Assembly: GCF_009914755.1 (NCBI RefSeq)
Contig: NC_060926.1
Origin: the human T2T-CHM13v2.0 reference genome, Homo sapiens
Strand: one strand, 5' to 3'
Length of the DNA: 64,000 nucleotides
In this document: one piece after another, positions 42,216 through 54,770 of the stretch
Numbering within the stretch: position 1 is the stretch's first letter
Layout of the letters: each line of letters opens with the position of its first letter
The notes under the pieces: generated by a model
Databases searched by the model: none
What the model saw: the letters and a program-made list of their open reading frames with translations, nothing else
Told to the model about the DNA's origin: nothing
Position numbers and translations under genes: made by a program

Positions 42216-44177
42216 GAGTTGCCGGTGCTCTTCCAGGGAGGAGGAGCAGGAGAGCTCAGTGATCGGCTCGGCCAGCCTTGACCCTTGCCTGCAGACAAAA
42301 TCCCATCCACGCTGTCTGTGTCTGTGCAGGCAACCATCTGACTTGCTCTCAGATGCCTACAGGAAGGCCTAAATCAGTTTTCTTTGAGCAGGGTCCAGGA
42401 CCTTGCGGCAGAAGGGGACACAGGCTGGGGAAAAAGTGTGGAATGTTTACTTGGAAGGAGTAGTGTGAATGGGGGTTTGAGTTATTAATATTAAAAAGAA
42501 ATTATTAAAATCCAGTTGCATTTCTGATATTCACCTAACACTCTTCTATCTAATTTGGAATAGCCACTTGAAACTTTGGAGTTTGGAAGACTGATTTGCA
42601 TTCCCTAAATGGTAGTAACAGCAATATGACCACTGAATGGGCACATACTATGTGTCAGGTGCTGCCCTGAGGGGTAGGCCTATATTTAGCTCATTTAAGC
42701 CTCATAACTCTATGAGGGAGTTTCTTATTATCTCCAACTGACAGGTGAGGAAACTGAATTACAGAGCGATTAAGTCATTGGCCATGGTCACATAGCTAGC
42801 AAACGTAGTCTGATTTTGAACCCAAAATGCAGAACAGCAACTTTCCTGCCTAAACTTTTACAAAAAAATATTAGCAGTGAGGCTGTACTCATCTTGATGT
42901 TGGTTTCCATGATTTAATTAGCACCTACCCTATTCTGAGTAAATGAAAGCACTTCTTGGTGTTTGATGGGTTCCAGCCCCACAACTGCACCATACAAACA
43001 ACCTCACTGCATTTTTACTAGTGAAAGACATTGAGACTACACAAAATATTTTCTCCCTTTTTTTCTTATAAACCAAAGCATTTTTCATAACAATGGACAT
43101 GAGTTTGGGGGTGAGAAAGACCTGGTTATAAATCCCAGCTCCATCACTAGACCCACCTGAGTTTGTCTCTTTTAGCCTTATTCTTCTGCACAACGACTAT
43201 CATAATCTTGATGCTGAGGAACCACTGTACAGACAAAATACAATGATGCATGCTCCACACCAAGCAGGGACTTGATGTCAGCGCATTCTTTGCCCTTTCA
43301 CAATTAGGGGAGTTGGTACACGGATTCTCCTGCATGGCCTTTCCTCTGTAAGGTGCTGGTTTCCTTTGGGGCACACCTGGTGGACGCACATACCTTACAC
43401 ATCAGGCACTGTTTAAGGCTCCTTATGAGCGTTAGCTCATTTCATATTTGCTACAATCTTAAGAGACAGGTGCTACTGCTAGTATTATCTCCGTTTTGGC
43501 TTCAGTAACTTGCCCAAGGCTACACAGCTAATGAGATGATGAAGCCTAGATTCAAAACCTAGTCCACCAGTAAAAATACTGATATCTGCTTCCCACCCAC
43601 TGGACATGTAATCAGGATGTCTGATTAAATCATCCTGATTTAATCCCTATGGGATGACATTGGGACTTTTGAAAGCTCCCCGGGTGATCCTAGTGTGCAG
43701 CTAATTTTGGAACCACTGCCAGGCTGCAGTGCCTCCTGGGTTACAGAGGTGCAGAGGGCAGAGGGCAGGGAGGTCAGGCCGGCTGGGAAAGGGATGCAGT
43801 TAGAGGAGAAATGGGGATGGGGACTTGTGTAGAGGGAGAGAGAGGTTGAGGCATGGGCAAGCCTGCTGTGTGACTTGATAAATTCCTGGTGACTGTGGCT
43901 TTTTCCTGTGACTGGGTGTCCTGACCTGGGCTTAGGGCACTGGTTGCTGTGGTTGCATTGCCAGGGTTGGCTCCCTGGGTGTTCCTGAGAGGGACCTAAT
44001 AGGCTTGTCTGGAGGAGCTGCTCACATGTAGTGACACCCACTCGAAAACCCAGATGGTCCCCTGTCATCCTGCAGATGAACAAAATGAACACCAAGCAGG
44101 GGACCCAGGCCAAACCCAGCACCTCCGCCCGGCAAAGAGAATGGGGAGCCTGCTGCTAAGGCATTTGTTTCGGGGAG

Positions 44178-44880
44178 TGTGTGGCCTGAATTGTGCCCCC
44201 CCAGTTCATACAATGAAGCCCCCATCATGAGACTGTATTTGGAGACAGGGTCTTTAAAAAGGTAATTAAGGGACCAGGTATGGTGGCTCACGCCTGTAAT
44301 CCCAGCACTTTGGGAGGCCAAGGAGGGTGGATCACCTGAGGTCGGCAGTTCGAGACCAGCCTGGTCAACATGGCAAAACCCCATCTCTACCAAAAATACA
44401 AAAATTAGCCAGGTGTGGTGGCGCATGCCTTTAATCCCAGCCACTCAGGAGGCTGAGACACCAGAATCACTTGAACCCAGGAGGTGGAGGTGGCAGTGAG
44501 CAGAGATTGCCCCATTGCACTCCGGTCTGGGCAACAGAGCGAGACTCTGTCTCAAAACAAACAAACAAACAAACAACAAAATGGTAATTAAGGTTAAATG
44601 AGGTCATAAAAGGAGGGCCCTAATCTGATAGGATTGGTGTCTTTATAAGAATAGGGAGAGACACCTGCGAGCCCTCTCCCCAGAAGCACATGGAGGAAAG
44701 GTCGTGTGCAGCACAGAGAGAAGGTGGCCGTCTCCTAGCCGGGAAGAACAGCCTCATCAGAAACCAGCGTTGCTGGCACCTTCATCCTGGACTTCCAACC
44801 TCAGAGAGAAAATAAATGTCTGTCCTTTAAGCCCCCCAGCCTCTGGTGTTTTGTGATGGCAGCCCAAGCTGACTAATACA
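44178..44880 (+). mobile_element. MLT1A-type MaLR LTR split by an Alu
   Basis: tgtggcctgaattgtgcccc...ggtaattaaggttaaatgaggtc...gcagcccaagctgactaataca. Confidence 0.85.
44271..44580 (+). mobile_element. AluS
   Basis: Alu consensus; TSD ggtaattaagg. Confidence 0.93.
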
Positions 44881-45014
44881 AGGCGTATTTAAGTTTGGTG
44901 TGGTTAGTCTTAAGAGTTAACAGAAGGTCTTGGATGTTATTCCTAAAGGAAACAGATGAGTTATAAGCCTCAGATACTGGGCAATGATGTATCAGTTCCC
45001 TTTGTTTTAATCTA

Positions 45015-45056
<42 letters not shown>

Positions 45057-45188
45057 AAACTAAAACCCAAAATAACTCTATGCAGAAATTTTCAAAAAAT
45101 TCTTTGAATGTACCATCTCTATTGAAAAAGGAAAGTTTGGCTGGGACCTTTCATCACTGGCTAGCCATCTCAGCTTTCGTAGCTTCAA
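44873..45188 (+). repeat. Dispersed direct duplication, copy 1 (donor), containing (CA)n
   Basis: About 93% identical by eye to 46452-46776. Confidence 0.95.
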
Positions 45189-46451
45189 TCTGGCCCTCTA
45201 TACCACGTGTCCGACCTGCTCTCATTCCCACCGCAGCCCAGAGTTACTGAGGCAAAGGCTGGGTCAGTTCAAGACTGGCTTGGAAGGCCTCCTAGGAAGG
45301 CAGCAGCTGTTCCCCTAAGCTGGCTGCTCAGGGCCTGCAGACCCCAGGAGAGATGGTGGCCAGCGGGACAGGGAAGGGGCGGATTGGAGGAGATCTAGCA
45401 AGCTGCCATTCCGCACACTGGTTCGAGGTCACCTGGCACATACAGGTCCATAGTACCAGGAGGGCAGTTTCTGGGAGAAATGTCTCATGAGTCTGGTGCC
45501 TGGGATGAAAAGAAGGTGAGAAGAAGGTGAGGCCACTGATAGTTTTTTTTTAACCTCTTTTAATTACCAAGAGCAGGACGTGAGAGTTCCCTGGAAAAAA
45601 AAAACTGACAAAAATGTATGAATCAATGGTTTGTAGGATGCTGAACACTAAGAATGAAGGCCAGTGATTTCTGACATACAGGGCCAAAGAAAGGTGAGCT
45701 CTAGCTTTCCCTCGCTTACTGCCTTGAGAGAGTTTCCAGGCCCTGGCGCACAGAGGAGGAACGTAGGTGGAGCCCAGAAAACATCCTGAGTTTGGGAGAC
45801 TGAGCTGAGGGTCTGGAGGGACCAAGGCAGCTACAATTCACAGGACAAAGTACCAGAGAGGAGACAGATGCACAGAGAGAGAAGTCCAGACATCTGCAAA
45901 GGGTCCCCCTCAAGAATTCATTTGAATACTGATCCGCTCATGCCTGTGAGAAGGTTATCTGAGTCTGGGGAAAGGGCCATTGGAAAGAATTAGAAGAAAC
46001 GGGGCTTGGAATTCACACAGGACCAAGAACAGTGCCTGTTCTCATCAGCCTGAAAGCTTTAGAATCCATGGGTCCCTGGGTAGACTACTTGGAAAGGTCT
46101 TGCCTCAGTCATGGGGAATAATTAGCTTTAAATTGAGCACTGCTCTGGGCCCTCCTAAGAAATCATTAAAGCAAGACATGAAAAGAACAAACTATTTCTA
46201 GGTAACATAACTGCATCTCTGAACAAAGCTCAAGAAAATTTGTAAGAACAAAAGCATCCAGTACCCAACAAGGTCAAACTCAAAATGATTGGCATCTAAT
46301 CAAAGATTACAAGGCATGAAAAGAAGCAGAAAAATGTCATCCGTGATAAGTAGAAACATCAATCAATCAAAACTGACTGAGAACTAACACAGACATTAGA
46401 AATGGCAGAAGAGTCACTCAGAGTTATAACTGTATTCCATATGTTCAAAAG

Positions 46452-46598
46452 CTAATACGAGGCATATTTAAGTTTGGTGTAGTTAGTCTTAAGAGTTAAC
46501 AGAAGGTCTTGGATGTTATTCCTAAAGGAAACAGATGAGTTATGAGCCTCAGATATTGGACAATTATGTATCAGTTCCCTTTGTTTCAATCTAATACA

Positions 46599-46651
<53 letters not shown>

Positions 46652-46776
46652 AAACCCAAAATAACTCTAAGCAGAAATTTTCAAAAAATTCTTTGAATGT
46701 CCTATCTCTATTTAAAAAGGAAAGTTTGGCCGGGACCTTTCATCATTGGCTAGCCATTCAGCTTTCTTAACTTCAA
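46452..46776 (+). repeat. Dispersed direct duplication, copy 2 (inserted into L1M)
   Basis: Matches 44873-45188; interrupts otherwise continuous L1 sequence. Confidence 0.95.
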
Positions 46777-46899
46777 GAAAGATATTTAAAAAGACGCATA
46801 CTGAACTTTTAGAGACAAGAAAGATATTTAAAAAGACACATACTGAACTTTTAGAGACAAGAAAGATATTTAAAAAGACACATACTGAACTTTTAGAGA
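46774..46899. repeat. 3 x 42-bp tandem repeat
   Basis: caagaaagatatttaaaaagac[g/a]catactgaacttttagaga starting at 46774, 46816 and 46858. Confidence 0.95.
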
Positions 46900-47949
46900 T
46901 GAAAACTTAAGAGAAGAAAATATGTTAGCTGGAAAGCTTACTGAATGGAATCAATAGCAGATTAGACATCGCAGGAAAAGAGATGAGTGGACTTGAAGAC
47001 AGCAATAGAAACTATCCAAAATGAGACAGACATATGAAAAAAAGATTTAAAAAAACCCGAAAGAAGATCTGTGAACTGTGGGACAATTTCAAGTGGCCAA
47101 ATAGACATTAGATGGGATTCCTGCGGGGAGGAAGTAGAAGGGACAGGGAACAGAAAAATATTTAAAGAAATGTGTTGACAAGTTTCCAAATTTGATGAAA
47201 ACTATAGACCCAGAGATCCAAGAAGTTCAGTGAATGCTAAGCACAAGAAAATGAGGAAAACTACACCCAGAGACATTTTAATTGGTTTGCTTAAAATCAG
47301 TAATACAGAGGAAATCTTAAAAGCAGCCAGAACAACAACAAAAAAGATATGTGCAAAGCCACAAAGACGAGGATGACAGCAGATTTCTCACTCAAATGAA
47401 AAGACGGTGGGGCAGCATTTTTTCTTTCAGTACATGAAACATTCAGCCTGGAATTCTATACAAAGCAAAAATGTCTTTCAAAAACAAAGACAAAATAAAA
47501 ACATTTTCAGACATACAAAAGCTGAAATAATTTATCATTGGCACATATTATACATGAAGTGATGTAATAGTACTTGAAGTTAGACTATGATAAATTGAAG
47601 ATGTGTAGTATAAACCTAAGATAACCACTAAAATAACAAGACAAGCTGACAAAGGAAATAAAATGGAATTAAAAATACCCAATCCAAAACCTGTCAGAAA
47701 AAAAAAAGAAGAACAAAGAACAGATAGGGCCAATAGAAAACAAATAGCAAGATGATAAACATAAATCTAACCATACGTATGTCAAAACTTACCAGTGTGT
47801 ACACTTCAAAGGTGTATGAGATATTATATGTCAATTGTAGCTCAATACAACTGTTGGTAAAGTGAAAGAAGAGGACAAAGTAGAAGAGAAGGAGAGTCAC
47901 TCCTCTGGCGCTGAGCTGTTCAGAGACGTGGGTGGGACACACCTGGGCA

Positions 47950-47952
<3 letters not shown>

Positions 47953-47993
<41 letters not shown>
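47953..47993. repeat. (TG)n microsatellite
   Basis: Read directly from the sequence. Confidence 0.95.
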
Positions 47994-47994
<1 letters not shown>

Positions 47995-48067
47995 GGTGTG
48001 CCTGTTCTGGGCATGACCCTCAAACATGAAGATGGCTTTTCTCACAAAACGTTAAAGGATTTGTCCA

Positions 48068-48395
<328 letters not shown>

Positions 48396-48840
48396 AATAG
48401 AATTTGTCCAAAGCTTGACCCTTCTTTGATGATGCTGCCTCTCAAAGCATTTCAGGAACTCCTCATTTGGAATAACCTTCACAGCCATTTTGTGACTCAG
48501 TAGAAATCATTAGTCGAATCACATTGTGTAGTCATGCTTTAATCATGAACAAAGACAGTCCAAAAGATTACCATCTGAGACTCAAGATTTGGCTCCAAAT
48601 ACTTGCTTGTTTCAAAATACCAAATTCAGTTTCAAAAGACAAGGAAATGGCTGAAGGTTCATTCAGGCTCTGCAGGCAGTTGCAACCTACAGTAGGTCTA
48701 CAGGAGTTTAGAGCACATATTTTTTGAACAAATGGAGAGGGGGATGGTGCTTATTTTCATTAGTATTGTATTAAATAATCAGCAAGATGTCTTTATAGTC
48801 CTGGGTGGTGATGAAGTACACAGACTCAGAGTTAGGAAGA

Positions 48841-49136
48841 TTTTTTTTTTTTTTTGAGATGGAGTATATCGCTCTGTCACCAGGCTGGAGTGCAGTGATG
48901 CCACCTCGGCTCACTGCAACCTCTGCCTCATGGGTTCAAGTGATTGTCCTGCCTCAGCCTCCTGAGTAGCTGGGACTACAGGTGTGCGCCACCATGCCCA
49001 ACTAATTTTTGTATTTTCAGTAGAGACGGGATTTCACTGTGTTGGCCAGGATGGTCTCTATCTCTTGCCCTCATGATCCGCCTGCCTCAGCCTCCCAAAG
49101 TGCTGGGATTACAGGCGTGAGCCACCGTGCCCGACC
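48841..49136 (-). mobile_element. AluSc-like
   Basis: Alu consensus with gtcaccaggc deletion and aggatggtct. Confidence 0.92.
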
Positions 49137-49379
49137 AGAACAATATTAAACCTGGCTCTGCCCACTCCTGTTGTGTGATGCTGGGCAAGACACTTATTAT
49201 CTGTGCTTCAGTTTCCGTATTTGCAAAATGTGAATGATAATGATAATACCTACTCCACGGACTGTTAGGAAAGTTACATCAGAAAACACATGTAAAACAC
49301 CTAGAAATGTGCTGTCACATAGTTAGAATGTAATGATGGCTTAAGAAAAGTTTAATCCACTCGTCTATTCTTTCCTTTA

Positions 49380-51000
49380 TTTAGTGCTTACTCAATGTAG
49401 CACTATGGTAGGTGATGATGTAATGGTAAATAAGAGACATGGAACGGGCCCTCATAAAGCAGGACCTACATGAACCATCTCTTGCTCCGTGAAGGTAGAA
49501 AATCGGATGAACACAAATGGGGTATTTACGATTGAGGAAAAGTGGGAGCTTCTGAGCTATTCCCAGGGTCAAGGAAAGGTTTCCTGAGGAAATAACTTTG
49601 GAGCGTGTATCTGAGGGTTGAAGAGGTAAGTTAATGAGGTGAAAAGATGGGAGAGAGCCGGGAGTGTATGCCAGGAAGAAGAATAGCATATGCAAAGGCC
49701 CCGAGGCAGAAAGGAGAACGGCACTTTAGAAGAACTGAAAAGAGGAGTGTGGCTGGAGTGCAGTGTCCAGTGATGAGTCTGGAGAGGGAAGCAGGGACCC
49801 GATTGTGCTGGCTCTGGAGGCCGCGGTACAGGGGTTCACCCTCAATTTCATACCAATGGCCAACTGCTAGAGGATTGTAAGCAGGGGAATGCTAAGATCA
49901 GATTTACATTTAGAAAAAAAAAAGATCACTTTGGCTACAGGGTGGGAAACAAGTTGGAGATGAGGGGACAAACAGGATGAGGGAAGAGAATAAAGATGTT
50001 AGTACAGTGATGGTGGCATCCTGGACAAGAGTAGGAGGAGCCTGTGAAGGTGATAAATGGGCAGGTATGAGGGAGACTTTGGGTGCTGAATCGACAGTGA
50101 AAGAGGAAAAGTTCCCTTGTCCCCTTGCAGGATGTGTGATGGGGGAGTGGCTCGCTTCTTTAGTGCCCTGCTGCTCAAACTTCTAGGGGAGCATACAGAT
50201 GGGCAGGCTGTGGGGTGCCAACCCCGTGCCAATGTCTAGGAGTGAATGTTTACAGCTCCTGCAGCCCCAATGGGCGTGTGTTACAGGGTGCTCTTTTAGT
50301 TTGCTATCTATAGGCAGCTTGTGTTAACCAGCTCAATTTGACCCTCTACCTTGTCGCAAGGACAGAGGCTTTCTGTATCCTGGGTTCTTGCCTTGGTGTA
50401 CCAGAAGAATCGGATCACACGTGGGCTTGGAGAATGAGTGCCAGGTTTTATTGAGTGGAATTAGCTTTCAGCAGATAGGGGAGCTAGAAGGGTGATGGTT
50501 TTCCCCTGGAGTCAGGCGGCTTGGCAGCCTGGGCTCTCCTCTGACTGCCCCAGCCAAACTCTGCGTCATTCTGCTGGTCAGGGGCCTGCTGGCATGCCGG
50601 TGCGTTCCTCCCGACATCCAGCCACCTGTGTGTTCCTCCTCCGATATGCTCCTCTCGATGTCCAGCTGCTTCTGTCTCTGCACAGAATGGGGGCGTGACA
50701 GGCCAGGTTGGTCTTGGGAAATGCAACATTTGGGCAGGAAAACAGAAACGCATGTCCCCACCTAGGTCCATGGGGGTGGAACCCTAGCCAGGGTCCACAC
50801 CCTTCCTGTACCCAGCACTTTCCTTCCCCACTTCCATATCGTTTAAAGGGACCAGCTCTTCCCTTCCCAGCACTTCCGCATCAATAGGACTTGGGGGTGG
50901 GGGAGATGGAGGTGTCAAAAGTAAGCTCCTAGATGGATATGGTGTCGTCCACTACACTGAGAGAATGCTGGAGGAGAACTGGGTCAGGGTGGGGAATGAC
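49380..51000. mobile_element. L2 LINE relic split by an LTR
   Basis: ggtcaaggaaaggtttcctgagga...gcatatgcaaaggccccgaggc...gatcagatttacattt...gatcactttggct. Confidence 0.7.
50098..50883 (-). mobile_element. LTR1-like (HUERS-P2/ERV1) solo LTR
   Basis: Reverse complement starts TGATGCGGAAGTGCTGGGAAGGGAAGAGCTGGTCCCTTTAAACG; TG...CA ends; approximate TSD ACAG/ATAG. Confidence 0.8.
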
Positions 51001-51901
51001 ACATTTTGTTTGAACCTATTGAGACTGAAGAATCCTTGAGAGCCCGGTAGAGAAATAAAGGACGCAATTGACTATGTAGGTGGAGAATTCAGATACACTA
51101 TTGGGGTGAAGTGAACATTCTTGGTATAAAGATAAATATAGACATATCAAGCAGGAACCCCATGTTTCTGAATCTTTGACCCCTAGTTTTTTGGACTCTG
51201 ATAGCCACAGAGGTGAACATATCATCTGAGTTTTCTGTTCTGCACCAATGCTAGATGTTTAATAAGTGTACTAGATGAAGACTATTTTACCAACAGGATG
51301 ACTTGCAATTTGAGAGCAGAACAAGCTAATTTACAGAGTACTTGTACATGTTTATCTTTTCAAGAGTGTCTTCCCTTTTTGCTCAAAGAAGGCTGCAGAA
51401 GAGATCTGGGGCAGGGCGCAGCTGGTTTCTTATGCAACCAGAAGCGAATGACACACTTGTCAAAGTGTTCACACTTCAGGCAAGGCAAAGGATAAAATAA
51501 TATTTCTTCCCAGAACTCACATTTTCTTCAGAATGCCTTTATATATGTAGAGCTCTGTGTAGAGTCAAGTGAACTTTGACAAGGTTGATTGATAAGCAAC
51601 AAGTGAGAATGCCAGAAAGGACCAAGACTGTGCTTACTCAAATATGTATTTTCCAATGGGCACTGAGCTTCGCATTTTCCAGACAAAAAGCACACATGGC
51701 AAACATTTGCAGAAAAATACCATGTAATTCTCCCATGATTCAAGATTAATTGCTGAAAATTTTCTCCCCAAATTTGGGAGAATTGGTCGATTAGCATTTT
51801 GTAGATGCTATACATATAACTTGGGAAAGATACTGGAATGCGATACAGGTATGGTGAAATGTCAATGTTAAAAATCATGTTGTTAAAAAATGACTGTGGA
51901 G

Positions 51902-52199
51902 GGCTGGGCGCCAGTGGCTCACGCCTGTAATCCCAGTACTTTGGGAGGCCGAGGTGGGTGGATCACGAGGTCAAGAGATGGAGACCATTCTGGCCAACAC
52001 TGTGAAATCCCATCTTTACTAAAAATACAAAAATTAGCTGGGTGTAGTGGCGGGCGCCTGTAGTCCCAGCTACTCGGGAGGCTGAGGAAAGGAGAATTGC
52101 TTGAACTTGGGAGGCGGAGGCTGCAGTGAGCCCAGATCGCACCACTGCACTCCAGCCTGGGCGACAGAGCGAGACTCTGTCTCAAAAGAAAAAAAAAAA
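51902..52199 (+). mobile_element. AluS
   Basis: Alu consensus; TSD aaaaaatgactgtgga. Confidence 0.93.
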
Positions 52200-52289
52200 T
52201 GACTGTGGAAAAGCACAACAAATCTATTGAGGAATTATATTTCGTGTATTTGGACCCCTAATTATGGAAACACCAAAAATACCTGGGCA

Positions 52290-54000
52290 AAAATGGCAGA
52301 GTTAAGGACCTTCAAAACTTCTCCTTCATAGAAGGCATAAGGACCTTATCAGAATCAACCTTTTTCATAACTCTAGAAATTAACCCAAGGTGTGCAGCAA
52401 TCTGGGAAGTGTTTATTCAAGAAAAATAATTAAATCTCAGTAAGAATAGTGAGCTGGTGGCATTTTAGCTAGTCCTATTCACATTCCCCAGCTCCAGCTC
52501 CTCACTAACCTTAAAAACGAACAGTTTGTGATCACAGTGGAAACCACAGGCTCACAGCCACTGGAGGGGGCAGGATGGGGTTGGAGTTCCTTCAAAGCTT
52601 CATTTCCAGATAATTCTCATTATGTGACCTGTTCACTGGCTCTCTGGAAGACCCCAGTTACAAAGCTTTCTTTATTTGACTTCACTCAGTTCTTCCTCAG
52701 TGGGAAAAGCCTTTTCCCTGGGAACCGTTGTCAAAAACAATGAGAGGTGATTGATTAATTTTGTGGCTGACTAAGGTTGTAGATAACAGTCAGGACAAAC
52801 AAGAGGTAAACCAAAACACTTAAGATGAAAAACTGGGGAATGGGATGTCCATTGGTCTTTCCAAAGCTCTGAGGTATTCCTGGGAATCTATCATGCATAG
52901 CCCAGGCAGGCACATGCACAGGGCTGTGGGCATGCCCAGGCTATGCATATGTTCAAAAAAAGACTCAGGAGGGCCCTAAGCTCTCATCTTGGGCTGACCC
53001 TGAGGCTCTGCACAAGCAGGAAGTAAAGGCTGAGGGAGAGTTGTTAACTGCTACAGCATGGAAAGTGTGGCCTGATACACACACAGCTCCTCAGCAAGGA
53101 ATAGTCCAAAAGATTTAAGGAAATCTCTGTTCAATTATTAGCTGACCACTGAGTTAACTGAGCAGAGACTCCAGTGGCTACAAATGACAAAGAATGCAGA
53201 TTTTACAGAATTCAGGAGTGATAAACAAACAACCACCAAATCACAACAAACTCTGGGCAGGTGGGAGAATCTGATTTCCAGAGTTGCTGCATTTTATTAT
53301 TTAAAATGTCCAGTTGTCAACAACAACAAAAATGAGGCATGCAAAGAAATAAAGTATGGACCATACAAAGGAAAAAAAGCAATCCATAGGAACTGTCCAT
53401 GAGGGAATTGTCCATGAGGAAACTGTCCATGTCCAGGAGGAAGCCCAGACATTGACCTTACTAGATAAAGATATTAAATAAGCGATTTTAAATATGTCAA
53501 AGAACTACAGGAAACTATGTCTAAAGAACATAGGAAGTATAAGAACACTGTCTTACCAATTAGAGATATCAATAATGAGAGAAATTTTATTTAAGAAGCA
53601 AATAGAAATTCTGTAGTTGAAAAAAGTTCTGGAGTACAAAGTATTGAAATGAGGAACTGACTAGAGGGGTTCAACACCCCGATTTGAGAAAGCAGAACAA
53701 ACCAATGAATTTTTAGATAGCTCAATTGAGGTTACCCAGTCTGAAGAACAAAAGGAATAAAGAATGAAAAAAACCAAACAGAGTCTTAGAGACCAATGGC
53801 ATACCATAAACATAACAACATGTGAACAATGGGAGTCCCCAAAGGATGGGGGAGAGAGAGAAAGAATATTTGAAGATGTAAGGGCTGGAAACTCCCTACA
53901 TTTGATGAAAACATTAATTTACCCATCCAAGAAGCAAAATGGATTCCATGTAGGATAAAAGACACCCACACCTAGACACATTATAATCAAGCTGTTGAAA
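52290..54000 (+). mobile_element. Old L1M 5'/ORF1 region
   Basis: aaatggcagagttaaggacc 5' motif, then degraded ORF1-like A-rich sequence ending at cacctagacacattataatcaagctgttgaaa. Confidence 0.7.
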
Positions 54001-54409
54001 GCCCGTGGGGTGCTCCAGAGAACATTTACCTGATCTCCACAATGAATCCGTTTGGTAGAATGTTGGTGGGTTACCATCCTCCATCTCCTTCATTCCCTCC
54101 TCCCCATTTCTTGGCTCCCCTGCAGTGCCAGGCAGATATGCTTATTGCATGGTACTTTAGCAAGTGTAGGTTGACAGCAGGTTTAGTTAGCAACTGCAGC
54201 AAAGGGCTTGACTGCTCAGAGACGAGCTTCTCTCTCACACCACACTGTCGCCACCTGGCTCCCGGATCTCAGATTGGGATGGGCTTCATCTTACCTTCAG
54301 AGAACCCACAGCCCTTGCAGCTGCTCCATGCTGAACCGGCTCACAGGGCTGAAACCTCACTCATCTCACCAGCAGGCGAGACCACATTTCTTTTCCTGAC
54401 AGTTGTTAT

Positions 54410-54770
54410 GTTTCTCCCTCCTTTCCCAGCTGTCCTCAATTCTGGTTTCCTTCCTTCTTTTCTCCCCTCCCTTCCTTCCTTCCTTTCTTCTGTCCTCCCT
54501 TCCCTCCCTCCCTCCCTTCTATCTTTCCCTCCTTTCCTCCCTCCCTCCCTCATCATCACCACTTAACATGTGAATTTCAGGTCACTCAGTCTAAATTTCC
54601 TTAACTCCATCAATCCTGTCTCACTTCCTAATCTCAATTGTTCCATATTATACCAAACATCTCCCTCCCTCCCTCCCTCCTTCCTTCCTTCCTTCCCTTC
54701 TTCGGTCTTCCCCTCCCTCCCTTCTTTCTCTTCCTCCCTCCTTCCTTCTTTCCTTCTGCCTTCCTTTTCA
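54410..54770. repeat. Two (CCTT/CCCT)n low-complexity blocks
   Basis: Read directly from the sequence. Confidence 0.9.

Larger units (their letters stand above)
45560..47860 (+). mobile_element. Old L1M fragments (5'/ORF1 region)
   Basis: A-rich degraded L1 ORF1-like sequence (cagattagacatcgcagg...gaagacagcaatagaaactatccaaaatga...aaagcagccaga). Confidence 0.75.

Noticed and set aside
53388-53435. Three ~15-bp units (gg.a.tgtccatga)
   Set aside because: Ordinary slippage repeat within old L1 sequence.
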